NCBI GenBank assembly: GCA_001643675.2
Contig: LSRY02000063.1
Location: 369,379-433,378, forward strand
Length of the DNA: 64,000 bases
Reading direction: 5' to 3'
Source of the DNA: Monocercomonoides exilis PA203
Lineage: Eukaryota; Protista; Preaxostyla
Part shown: one piece after another, positions 39,936-50,256 of the stretch
How the letters are laid out: each line of letters opens with the position of its first letter
How positions within the stretch are numbered: the first letter of the stretch is position 1
Translations under genes and position numbers: made by a program
Notes under the pieces: model-generated
The model's database searches: none
Seen by the model: only the letters and a program-made list of their open reading frames with translations
Told to the model about the DNA's origin: nothing

Positions 39936-42900
39936 TCTACAATAAAAAACAAAGAAAAAAAAAAAAAAAGAAATCCAATCACCAAGAATTCAAATGAAAC
40001 ATCATGCAAACCAGTAAATTGTTTTGTGTTTTCTTTCTCCTGCATTTCAACAAAATTATGTATTCAGAAAACAACAAAATTTTGATCATTCATATTGAAT
40101 TCGCATATGTTTGAATGGAGAAATTGATGAAATATAAAAACTCATAAAAGACAAAATATTATATATGCATTCATACCGTAGTTTTTTGCATTTATATTTT
40201 TTGACAAGCAACTGTTGAGAAAATCAACGCTTTATTAATTCACTTTGATGTTATGGATTCCATGATCAAATATTTTTCTTCAGACTGGAATGCTATTGCG
40301 CAGAATGAAAATTTCGTGAGTAATCATTACCTATTGAATTAGAAATATTATTTTCTATTTTGACATGGATGCTCGGAAAGACATTTCCAACAAAGAAAGT
40401 CTGCCTGTATATTTTTGTTAATTGGATGGCCAAGAGGAATACAACAATTTCATCAATAATACAAAAAGACGTAATGTATGTAATTTTTATTGTTTTGTTT
40501 GTTGTGAAGATATTTCCATCTGTATCCTCTTCAAAGCCCAGGAATCCGAATAATTATTGAAATGGCCAATCTCCGCTTTGTGGAGCAATACGATGAGAAC
40601 GGAGCAGATTATTATATAGGCATTGGGAAATAAATGAAGTTACGGAAGATATATGATTTTTATTTGGAACAAGATGTGAAAATAAATTCTATTGATGTTT
40701 TGTTGAATGAAGATAACAAGAAGGAATTCTGTGAAGGACAAAATCTGCACAATATTATATAGCATTTTGGAATGTTAGGCAGGGAGAGCAGTTTGGGGTA
40801 TTTTTTTTGTAAGGAAAGTGGCAGGCAATATCAAGGGAAGGATATTAATCACAAAAAAGGCAAGAATTCAATGGAAAAAAGGAGAGCCCCAAAATATCAG
40901 TTTTATTTATAAGACTTTCCTGTTTCTCGGACTGTGCCAGGCAGACATGGAAGGCTGCGAAATTCTTTTTCTGATTCCGCTTTTGCTTCAAAAGAAAGGA
41001 GAAACGCCAACTTCGAGACATCCAATTGTCGAGTATTTTTTGGTAATCGAAGAGTGTTAACGTTAGCCGCTTTTGGATTTCATTTTTCGAAGGGACAGCC
41101 CTTTTGAGAAAAAGAGGCAATTTTATAATGAAATATATTTCCTTCAGCGTTGGGACAATGGAAGAGAAATTGGAGATCATCATCTAATTCAATCTTCATC
41201 ATCATTCAACAGAATGCTTATTATTGCGTCCCTTTTATATGTTTGTGCATGAGCCATTGGCTTTCTCCTCTTGAACGTCGAAGAACGAGTTTCTATCTGA
41301 CTGTGATATGCAACACTAGCACATCTGAATGAATGCCGACTTTTTTCATCTATCTTCGTCAGAGTTGAAATGAAGAACAGCAAACTCCTTCAATTCATAT
41401 TCATCGCATCTTTCCTTCGTTTTCCAAGCATTTCATTGGCTTCTGATTGTTTTCACTCACACAGATCGAAGAGTTATGTGCTTCAAACACAAAAGATGAA
41501 TTTCTTCATTCTTCTTCAACGGCTTCACTTCATTTTCCTTTGTCGTCCAATTTTCTTTTTCTCCATCTTCTCTTTCGTTGGCTCATAATCCTCAACTAAA
41601 ACAACGATTTTCTGTTTCTCTGTATTTCTTCGAAAATTGTTCTCTTTCTTCTTCTTGGTTGATTCCTTCTGCATTTCCCTTTTTTTATCTTTTCCCTTTG
41701 CTGAATGGCAAAGCTTCAATTTCAGTTCTATTTTCTGTTCAATCAGCAGACAATAAAACCTCCCCAAACTGATTTTTTCTTCAAATTCTTCTTCTTCTTC
41801 TTCTTTTTCAGAACCTTCGTTGCATGCTGCATCAGCGGAAGAGTCGAAAAATGCAAATGGAGATGAGGAAGAAGAGGGAAGTGATGGAACAATTTTTTTA
41901 AGACTAAAAGCCGAGAATAAGTTGAAAGCATATTTGCAGATTTATTCATTTGACTGAGATTCATACTATCATTTGAATCCGTTTTATAAAGACAAGCGAT
42001 AATTCTGACAACAAAAGGCGAATGCTTCGGAAATGATCAGGCGGAAAATGCCGAGCAAAGAAAGAAAGAAAGAACGATTGATAGAAAGAACGAAGCATAT
42101 GAATCAAAAGCGGTTACAGCAATAGGCAAACAGTTCTCAGTTTATGTACTGCAACTCTGTTGAAGTGCATATGCGTTGAATGAATTTTTTTATTTTTATT
42201 CTCAGTTATTGAATCTTCACCTACTTCTTCCCAACCATATTTTCAATTACCCCCATTCGATCTTCACAGAAGCGAATTCTACGAATGATATTTCAATGTC
42301 TTCTTCTTCAATAAACTCATAAAAGATTTATTAAGATTATAATTCCTTCTTTCTGATCAGTTTTTTTTTTCAGTGAAAATTCCGAAACTCGGTCGAAGAC
42401 AGACGTCTCAAGTGGAATTGAAATGAAGCATGTAAAATCGATCGAAGAAGCACACACAAAGGCAGCAAATGCAAAGAAGAAGAGGAAGGGGAAAGAAGTG
42501 AAAGATGAATGTTTCATTTGGAATTTGCAAAAAAGTTTGCATTTCAACGAGAATTTAGCAACTTTTTCTTTTCAATTGAGTACTTTTATGATTTTAAAGA
42601 AAATCAAATTATTAAAGGAAGAAATATTGGGAAACCTCATTTTCAAATTCCCAAACGTCTGGAAAGCCTATCCTTCATGAAATTTTGCTTTGAAGAACAC
42701 TCAGCGAATTTTCTTCAAATTTCTCTTTCGATGGAAAGAAAATGAAAGAAAATGGGAAGAAAAAATTTGAAAAGAAATTCTATTTGAAAGGCTATCTCTT
42801 TAAAGGTTAAACGAAGTGTTACTTCTTGCTTGAACAAAAATATGAAGAATTATTATTCTATTTGTTTATGGAATTTTGATCTGAATTTAAATTTGATGAG

Positions 42901-43509
42901 AAGGGGTTATGGGGCATAATATTTTTTGCATTTTTTATGTGAACAGAGAAAAAATGCCAACATGATTGCATTTAAAAAATATGAATTTAAAATATATTTG
43001 TATTACATCATGAGTAAAATATATAATATTTTTTCAATTCTTTTTGTTTTTGTCTTTGAAAAAGAGAATTAGTTTCTCAATATAAAAATTTACCAATTTT
43101 CTTTGAAAAGAAATCAATCAATACTTAAAGAAAAAATTATCATACTGCAGATAAACAAATAAATATACAAATAAATAAATGAATGAATATTTCGTTATTT
43201 TTTCAAAAGTCTTTCGTTTAAAGAAAATATATTTTGAAGAAACCTATAAATAAATCCAACTCCTTATTCATTCAATTATGAATACAATGAAATGTTTTTA
43301 TTGATAACAATTCAAAAAATCAAATTGTGAATTTTTTCAATTACACACTTAAAGAAAAAGAATATAAATATTATCACTTTTTTATATTTCATTTTTTGAC
43401 ATTTTTTTTTTAACTTTATTTTCTTTTTTTTTTTATTTAAACTTTTATTTATTCTTTTTTATATATACAATCAAAATCTGATGTTATTGAATAGAATACA
43501 ATAAAATTG

Positions 43510-43830
43510 GTGTATTATCACATTTTAAAATATTATGGGTGATTTTTTCAATGAAATATCGATTTTTTGATCAAAATTTTCAATTTTTTATTTTTTCAAA
43601 ATTATGTTTAAAAAAGTCTTAATAATGTGTATTAATGAAAAAATTGATTTCGCAAGTGAAAAATGCGTTTTAATGAAAAATTTTCAAAAATTAAAAGTTT
43701 CACTCAAATTTAATTAATTAATTAATTAATTTTTATCATTTTCTGTGTAAAGCAGAATCGAATTTTGACACAATCGGATAGTCACAAAAAGTTGTGCAAA
43801 ACCCAATGTGATTAAATCCGGTTTTGACTG
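43510..43830 (+). mobile_element. diverged, 5'-truncated copy of the same MITE family that interrupts viral Rep
   Basis: Collinear similarity to 45660-45982, ending in right TIR GTGATTAAATCCGGTTTTGACTG (43808-43830). No left TIR found. Confidence 0.85.
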
Positions 43831-44814
43831 TTAATGATATGCCATTGCATTTGAACTATTATTCATATGTGTATCCATATCATGAAACTTATCCTGAACA
43901 CTTTCACATCCAAGAAATATAACATAACAAACCCTTTCTCGCATCATCAGGACAAATTTCATATTTCGAAAGAATATTTGGAATCATACAAAATTTAAAT
44001 TGTGTAACCCAGCAGATTTCCTCACTTATTCTCATTAATTTATCTAGATATAATTGAATACCAAAATCTTTCAGCCATCTTCTCCTAAATCCTCTTCAAT
44101 AACCTTAATTTGCTAACCATGGATACTTAAACAATCTCCAAATATTACTCTGCACTTCTGAAACGTTGGATGAACCTCATTTTCTGAAAACAAAAACCCT
44201 TACGTAACCATGCGAAAATTCACACATACCTTCCCAACGTGTTAAATGAATATATAAATTCCAAGTTTGTTTACATGAAATATAATTAGCTTTCATAATA
44301 TCAACAGATTCAGGAAAATCATGACGTATATTAAACGCAAAAGTAGATTCGGCGGAAATACCTTCATTTCTCTTTCACCACCATAAACAGGTGGATTTTA
44401 CAAAAGAAAATCAAAATTACCATCAATATGAGACACATATAAAGGTGGTCTATTATTGAAACACCATCTTGAATATCTCAGAAGACCAATCCTAAACTTT
44501 CTAGCTCTTTTTCTCCTAAATATTCTACGTGCACGTCTGCCTCTCCTTCTAATTTTCTTTCCTGAGCCAGACTGTCGAACCTGTTTCCAATTTTGAACCC
44601 TTCCTTGTCCTTTTCTACTCAAACCACCCCTAAGACAAGACAACTTACGACTCCTATATGCACCTCTAATTCACAGAGCAATAGAACTAGACATGGTTTT
44701 TCCGATATTCAAAGTTGAATAATATAACCTACTTCTCATAGAAGAAGGCATAGCCCTATAAGCTGAATACATAAGACCATGTAATGAACGAGCTAATGTT
44801 GATCCAAGTGACAT
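43831..44814 (-). pseudogene. cap: capsid pseudogene of an older, divergent endogenous CRESS virus
   Basis: Manual translation gives MSLGSTLARSLHGLMYSAYRAMPSSMRS...GQGRVQNWKQVRQSGSGKKIRRRGR...SHGYVRVFVFRK*GS...IWRLFKYPWLAN*GY*RGFRRRWLKDFGIQLYLDKLMRISEE. This is homologous to the intact Cap but has at least 5 stops. Confidence 0.9.
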
Positions 44815-44871
44815 GAAAAAAATGTTAAGTCAAAAATGGATATTTATGATCAAAATTCAGACTAATAAAAA

Positions 44872-45282
44872 TTAATTATGGTACACTATCTCCGGAAAAT
44901 AAACCCTAGTATCCCAAACACCATTAAATAACATATATATTCTATGATGCTCCTTAACTGCTGCTGAAAATAACGGCTTTACTCTTTTATACACCATCTT
45001 AAATAACGCTTGTCTTCTTCTATTTGCACTTCCCATTCTTCTCATAGCACGAGGTTTTCTTCTATTTCTAATAGTCAAAATCCTCCATAACTTATTAAAT
45101 TCCTCAAGACATTTAGCAATAACTTCATTACACCTTTCCATATACCAATCAATATTCTCCATTTGCATATTCCAAGCACGTGTCCATCTAGGTGCCCACA
45201 TAACATCTACATCCTCAATAAATGCCTTCCGTGAAAGTGGAATATCCCCTAACCAATCATCATTATCTATATCAAACGCCAT
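44872..45282 (-). CDS. ORF3 of the older divergent virus (136 aa, intact)
   Basis: Shares WAPRxTRAW, RNRRxPRAxRRxG and F.G.W with ORF3 of the tandem copies, in the same position upstream of cap. Confidence 0.8.
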   Translation of the reverse strand: MAFDIDNDDWLGDIPLSRKAFIEDVDVMWAPRWTRAWNMQMENIDWYMERCNEVIAKCLEEFNKLWRILTIRNRRKPRAMRRMGSANRRRQALFKMVYKRVKPLFSAAVKEHHRIYMLFNGVWDTRVYFPEIVYHN

Positions 45283-45338
45283 ATATAATATTTTTTGATC
45301 AGACCCTTAATATTTTCCGACCTCTCACATGTCTCAGA

Positions 45339-45373
45339 AGTTGCCGATAGGTAATACTAAACTATCGGCAACT
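45339..45373 (-). promoter_or_regulatory. rolling-circle origin stem-loop, copy 1; nonamer TAGTATTAC at 45359-45351
   Basis: Perfect 12-bp stem AGTTGCCGATAG / CTATCGGCAACT with 11-nt loop. The loop's - strand reads TTTAGTATTAC. Confidence 0.97.
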
Positions 45374-45432
45374 AATTATGGGTTCGGAAAAATTTTTGAT
45401 CAGACCCATAAAATAAAATATATTTTACCTGA

Positions 45433-46828
45433 ATGTCACAAATTCAAAACTTCAGAAGCAGAGCATATTGTTTCACATTAAACAACTACACAAACGAAGA
45501 ATTTGAACATATAAAGCACATTGACTGCAGATACAGTCAAAACCGGATATAATCACGTTGAATATAATCACATTCGTTTATTGTCACATTTTTCGATGCA
45601 CCGACATTTTTGGCCAATTTTTCATTCATTTTTCATCGCATATAATCACAGGGCTAAATATATATAATCACATTTTATATCATTATGTGTGCTTTTTTCA
45701 ATGAAAAATCGATTTTTTGATCATAAATATTTATTTTTCGCTTTTTCAAAATTATGTTTAAATAAGTCTTAATAACATAATAAAACATAAAAAATTGTTA
45801 TTTCTATTGAAAAATGTGTTTTTGTGAAGAATTTCAAAAAATAAAAAAATGACCCAAAATTTTTTTAAATATTTATTTATTTTTATTTTTTTTCGTGTAA
45901 AACAGCATCGTATATTATCACAATCGGATATAGTCACAAAAAGTTGTGCAAAAACCGATGTGATTATATCCGGTTTAGACTGTACTTGGTTGTCGGAGAG
46001 GAAGTAGGCGAAATGGGGACTCCGCATTTACAGGGTTACGTATATTTCAAAAATCAAAAGTCTTTCCATACAGTTAAACTAATGATTAGCGAAAGATGCC
46101 ATTTAGAAACAGCAAAAGGTTCCCCAGAAGATAATAGAAAATATTGCACTAAGGAAAACAAGTTCTTTGAAAAGGGAGAAATACCTCAACAAGGTAAGCG
46201 TTCAGATATAGACAAAGCAATAGAAATGATAAAAGAAGGAAAAACAATAGCTGACGTAGCAAAAGAAATGCCAAAACAAATAGTTCTACATGGAAAAGGA
46301 CTGACCCACCTGAGCAACATTTTACAAGAAGAAAAGCAAGGCGATAGACCAGAAAGAAGAGAAACTTACTGGTTATGGGGAAAAACCGGTTCCGGAAAAA
46401 CCACTTACGTAAAAAACAAAGCAAAAGAATTGAAAGAAACGTTAGGATGGAGATGTTACTACTGGCCTGTTTCTCCAGGTTTCTTCACTAACTATACAAA
46501 CCAAGAAATCGCAGTATTTGATGACTTCGATCCTCACACCATGGACTTTAAAATGTTCCTAAAGATCACCGATCCTTGGTGTAATCCGGCTATAAACACC
46601 AAAGGAGATTCTGGAACTTTTACGTCAAACCTAGTTTTCTTCACAGCTACAGAACCTGCGGAAACAATACTAAAGGGATGCGTAGATATTCAAGATCAGA
46701 TGGGACAGGTTACAAGAAGAGTTAAAAATATACATGTACCTAACGACTTAATGGAACCTAATCAAAATGAAGAAACTGCCCCCACTCAACCTGATGATCA
46801 AGATGATCCTTTCATTAATCAACTTTAA
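45433..46828 (+). CDS. rep: CRESS Rep (HUH endonuclease + SF3 helicase), copy 1, interrupted by MITE; 314 aa after removal
   Basis: 5' part MSQIQNFRSRAYCFTLNNYTNEEFEHIKHIDCRY contains motif I (CFTLNN). 3' part has motif II PHLQG, motif III YCTKE, Walker A GKTGSGKTT, Walker B VFDDF and an Arg-finger-like TRRV. Confidence 0.95.
45534..45982. mobile_element. 449-bp Tc1/mariner-pogo-type MITE inside rep, copy 1
   Basis: TA|CAGTCAAAACCGGATATAATCAC ... GTGATTATATCCGGTTTAGACTG|TA. TIRs are 23 bp with 1 mismatch, TA target duplication, AT-rich non-coding interior. Confidence 0.95.
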
Positions 46829-46864
46829 TTTTTATATTTTTATTTTCCATTTCTATTTTAATAT

Positions 46865-48142
46865 TTAATTCCCAATAGGGTGCAAAAATGCGTAATGAAT
46901 TGAATTTATTTTATTAAAAAAAAATTTAATTATCATCATGAATAATAGAAAAGAAGATGTATGAACAGGGTTCGAACTGGAGGCGCCAGTTTCACCTGCA
47001 GGATCATTTCCAGATGAGCCACTGTCCACACGTAATAAGCCTTCAGCAATTCTAGGTCGATTACTACTATCTTGAGTAGGTAAACCAGAAACAGAAAAAT
47101 ATTGAATCTGATTTTCATTAATAGGCATTCCTGAAACAAATTTCCAGTAATTAATAACATTCATATTATAAGTTAACGTTAATGAAGAAACTTGTTCAGC
47201 AGTCCATGTATTCGAAAACTTATCTTCAGGACCAAAACCACCTAAAATAACCATAGTATAATAATACCTATCAGTATCTACAACACTATTATAACGTGTA
47301 TGAGCATTAGGATATATATTAATCTTATATTCAGTAACCCAGTTAGTTTCATCAGATATACGAAGCAATTTATCCGAATAAAGCTGAGCACCAAATTCCT
47401 TAAGCCATCTACGTCTAAAACCATGTACATAACCAGAAGTAAGAATATTAGGATATTTAAACATTGACCAAATTCTAGATTGCAAGCTTTGAACATAAGA
47501 ACCCCACTTCCTAAAGATAAGCACCCTAACATAAGCATGACTATAGCCGGTTAACGGATACCTACCATCTCCATAATGAAAATACATTTCATATCTAGAT
47601 TTATATAATATATAATCAGAATGTTGAGTTGAAATCTGCTGAGGAGTAACTACATTAATATTATCAAGAAAAACAGAATCTTCTGGATATTCCACTGCTC
47701 CTGAAGTAGCATTATATAAAGGCAAATTATATACTCCTATAGTTCCATTAGATTGACTATATGAATAATAAATAGGTGCCCTATTCCTATAGAGCCAATT
47801 AAAATACTTTCGCTTTCTAAGCCTATATTTACGTAAAACCCTACGTCTTCTATATCTATTTTTCCTACCTCTTCTATGTATTTTTTTACCTGTTCCTGTT
47901 TGTTTAATTTGCTTCCAGTTCTGAACCCTACCTTGCCCTATAGAATTAAGGTTAACCCTACGCCTATTCAAATTTAAAGACCTAGACATAGCCCTAGCAC
48001 CAGAAATAGCCGTTCGACCTATAGACCTAGCTAACTTATATCCCGTATGAAACATAGACTTCCTCATAGATGGAGACATAGCCCTATAAGTATTTAAGGC
48101 TAAATGCGGCAAAGAACCTAACATCATTTTACTAAAGCTCAT
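46865..48142 (-). CDS. cap: CRESS capsid protein, copy 1 (C-terminus extended by a homopolymer indel; consensus 405 aa)
   Basis: Arg-rich N-terminal arm (RRGRKNRYRRRRVLRKYRLRKRK), aromatic/beta-rich body, ambisense to rep. Confidence 0.88.
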   Translation of the reverse strand: MSFSKMMLGSLPHLALNTYRAMSPSMRKSMFHTGYKLARSIGRTAISGARAMSRSLNLNRRRVNLNSIGQGRVQNWKQIKQTGTGKKIHRRGRKNRYRRRRVLRKYRLRKRKYFNWLYRNRAPIYYSYSQSNGTIGVYNLPLYNATSGAVEYPEDSVFLDNINVVTPQQISTQHSDYILYKSRYEMYFHYGDGRYPLTGYSHAYVRVLIFRKWGSYVQSLQSRIWSMFKYPNILTSGYVHGFRRRWLKEFGAQLYSDKLLRISDETNWVTEYKINIYPNAHTRYNSVVDTDRYYYTMVILGGFGPEDKFSNTWTAEQVSSLTLTYNMNVINYWKFVSGMPINENQIQYFSVSGLPTQDSSNRPRIAEGLLRVDSGSSGNDPAGETGASSSNPVHTSSFLLFMMIIKFFFNKINSIHYAFLHPIGN

Positions 48143-48209
48143 GTTTTATTTATGAAGTGCAAAAAGGAATATTAAGATCAAAATTCAGACTAATAAAAAT
48201 TAATTACGG

Positions 48210-48620
48210 TTAATATAAATTTATATCTCTTAAAATATATGGATTATTCCATGCACCATGAAATTCATAAAATATTTTATTATGATTTCTTAAATACATT
48301 TCAAAATTGTTTTTCATATAACTCAAATAAAATCGTCGCCAAGATAACAATCTTCGCTCTCTATTACCTCGCCTTCTAAGTGCTCTAGGTCTTCTGCGAT
48401 TCCTAAACTGCATCCTTCTAAGTGTATCCATAAAAGCCCTTATAGCTCTTTGATATACCCCTTCCAATGAGTCTATATACATTATTGCATTCTGCATCTG
48501 CAATCCCCAAGCTCTTGTTCCACGAGGAGCCCAATTTTCACTTACATCTTCTTCATATGCCTGTAATGTAATCGGTACATCCATAAACCACATATCATCA
48601 GTCCAATCGTCTTCATTCAT
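48210..48620 (-). CDS. viral ORF3, unknown function (136 aa from first ATG)
   Basis: Non-overlapping ORF between ori and cap with an acidic N-terminus and basic centre. Conserved in the divergent virus. Confidence 0.85.
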   Translation of the reverse strand: MNEDDWTDDMWFMDVPITLQAYEEDVSENWAPRGTRAWGLQMQNAIMYIDSLEGVYQRAIRAFMDTLRRMQFRNRRRPRALRRRGNRERRLLSWRRFYLSYMKNNFEMYLRNHNKIFYEFHGAWNNPYILRDINLY

Positions 48621-48668
48621 TTTTTTGATCACACCCTTAATAATTTCTGATATCTCAGAAGTCTCAGA

Positions 48669-48703
48669 AGTTGCCGATAGGTAATACTAAACTATCGGCA
48701 ACT
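48669..48703 (-). promoter_or_regulatory. origin stem-loop, copy 2
   Basis: Same stem and TAGTATTAC, preceded by tandem TCTCAGAAG x2. Confidence 0.97.
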
Positions 48704-48762
48704 AATTATGGGTTCGGAAAAATTTTTGATCAGACCCATAAAATAAAATATATTTTACCTGA

Positions 48763-50158
48763 ATGTCACAAATTCAAAACTTCAGAAGCAGAGCATATTG
48801 TTTCACATTAAACAACTACACAAACGAAGAATTTGAACATATAAAGCACATTGACTGCAGATACAGTCAAAACCGGATATAATCACGTTGAATATAATCA
48901 CATTCGTTTATTGTCACATTTTTCGATGCACCGACATTTTTGGCCAATTTTTCATTCATTTTTCATCGCATATAATCACAGGGCTAAATATATATAATCA
49001 CATTTTATATCATTATGTGTGCTTTTTTCAATGAAAAATCGATTTTTTGATCATAAATATTTATTTTTCGCTTTTTCAAAATTATGTTTAAATAAGTCTT
49101 AATAACATAATAAAACATAAAAAATTGTTATTTCTATTGAAAAATGTGTTTTTGTGAAGAATTTCAAAAAATAAAAAAATGACCCAAAATTTTTTTAAAT
49201 ATTTATTTATTTTTATTTTTTTTCGTGTAAAACAGCATCGTATATTATCACAATCGGATATAGTCACAAAAAGTTGTGCAAAAACCGATGTGATTATATC
49301 CGGTTTAGACTGTACTTGGTTGTCGGAGAGGAAGTAGGCGAAATGGGGACTCCGCATTTACAGGGTTACGTATATTTCAAAAATCAAAAGTCTTTCCATA
49401 CAGTTAAACTAATGATTAGCGAAAGATGCCATTTAGAAACAGCAAAAGGTTCCCCAGAAGATAATAGAAAATATTGCACTAAGGAAAACAAGTTCTTTGA
49501 AAAGGGAGAAATACCTCAACAAGGTAAGCGTTCAGATATAGACAAAGCAATAGAAATGATAAAAGAAGGAAAAACAATAGCTGACGTAGCAAAAGAAATG
49601 CCAAAACAAATAGTTCTACATGGAAAAGGACTGACCCACCTGAGCAACATTTTACAAGAAGAAAAGCAAGGCGATAGACCAGAAAGAAGAGAAACTTACT
49701 GGTTATGGGGAAAAACCGGTTCCGGAAAAACCACTTACGTAAAAAACAAAGCAAAAGAATTGAAAGAAACGTTAGGATGGAGATGTTACTACTGGCCTGT
49801 TTCTCCAGGTTTCTTCACTAACTATACAAACCAAGAAATCGCAGTATTTGATGACTTCGATCCTCACACCATGGACTTTAAAATGTTCCTAAAGATCACC
49901 GATCCTTGGTGTAATCCGGCTATAAACACCAAAGGAGATTCTGGAACTTTTACGTCAAACCTAGTTTTCTTCACAGCTACAGAACCTGCGGAAACAATAC
50001 TAAAGGGATGCGTAGATATTCAAGATCAGATGGGACAGGTTACAAGAAGAGTTAAAAATATACATGTACCTAACGACTTAATGGAACCTAATCAAAATGA
50101 AGAAACTGCCCCCACTCAACCTGATGATCAAGATGATCCTTTCATTAATCAACTTTAA
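48763..50158 (+). CDS. rep: Rep copy 2, MITE-interrupted
   Basis: Same as copy 1. Confidence 0.95.
48864..49312. mobile_element. MITE in rep, copy 2
   Basis: Same TIRs and TA duplication. Confidence 0.95.
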
Positions 50159-50256
50159 TTTTTATATTTTTATTTTCCATTTCTATTTTAATATTTAATT
50201 CCCAATAGGGTGCAAAAATGCGTAATGAATTGAATTTATTTTATTAAAAAAAAAAT

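Noticed and set aside
45534-45982. Ordinary cyclovirus-like rep intron
   Set aside because: The boundaries are TIRs with a TA duplication. Splicing at the terminal GT/AG leaves +8 nt, which is out of frame.
45944-46828. 294-aa Rep starting at TTG 45944, and the 325-aa version at 59168
   Set aside because: Both starts lie inside the MITE and lack motif I. The real start is ATG 45433 and equivalents. The longer copy-5 ORF arises from homopolymer-length differences.
46149-47538. Small overlapping ORFs within rep and cap (91, 74-84, 86 aa) repeated in each unit
   Set aside because: They recur only because the unit is repeated. There is no independent evidence of coding and they are typical Leu-rich shadow frames.
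47920-48100. Telomere-like (A)ACCCTA words in the 5' part of cap
   Set aside because: Explained by AGG-rich Arg codons, opposite in polarity to the telomere, and not at the healing site.
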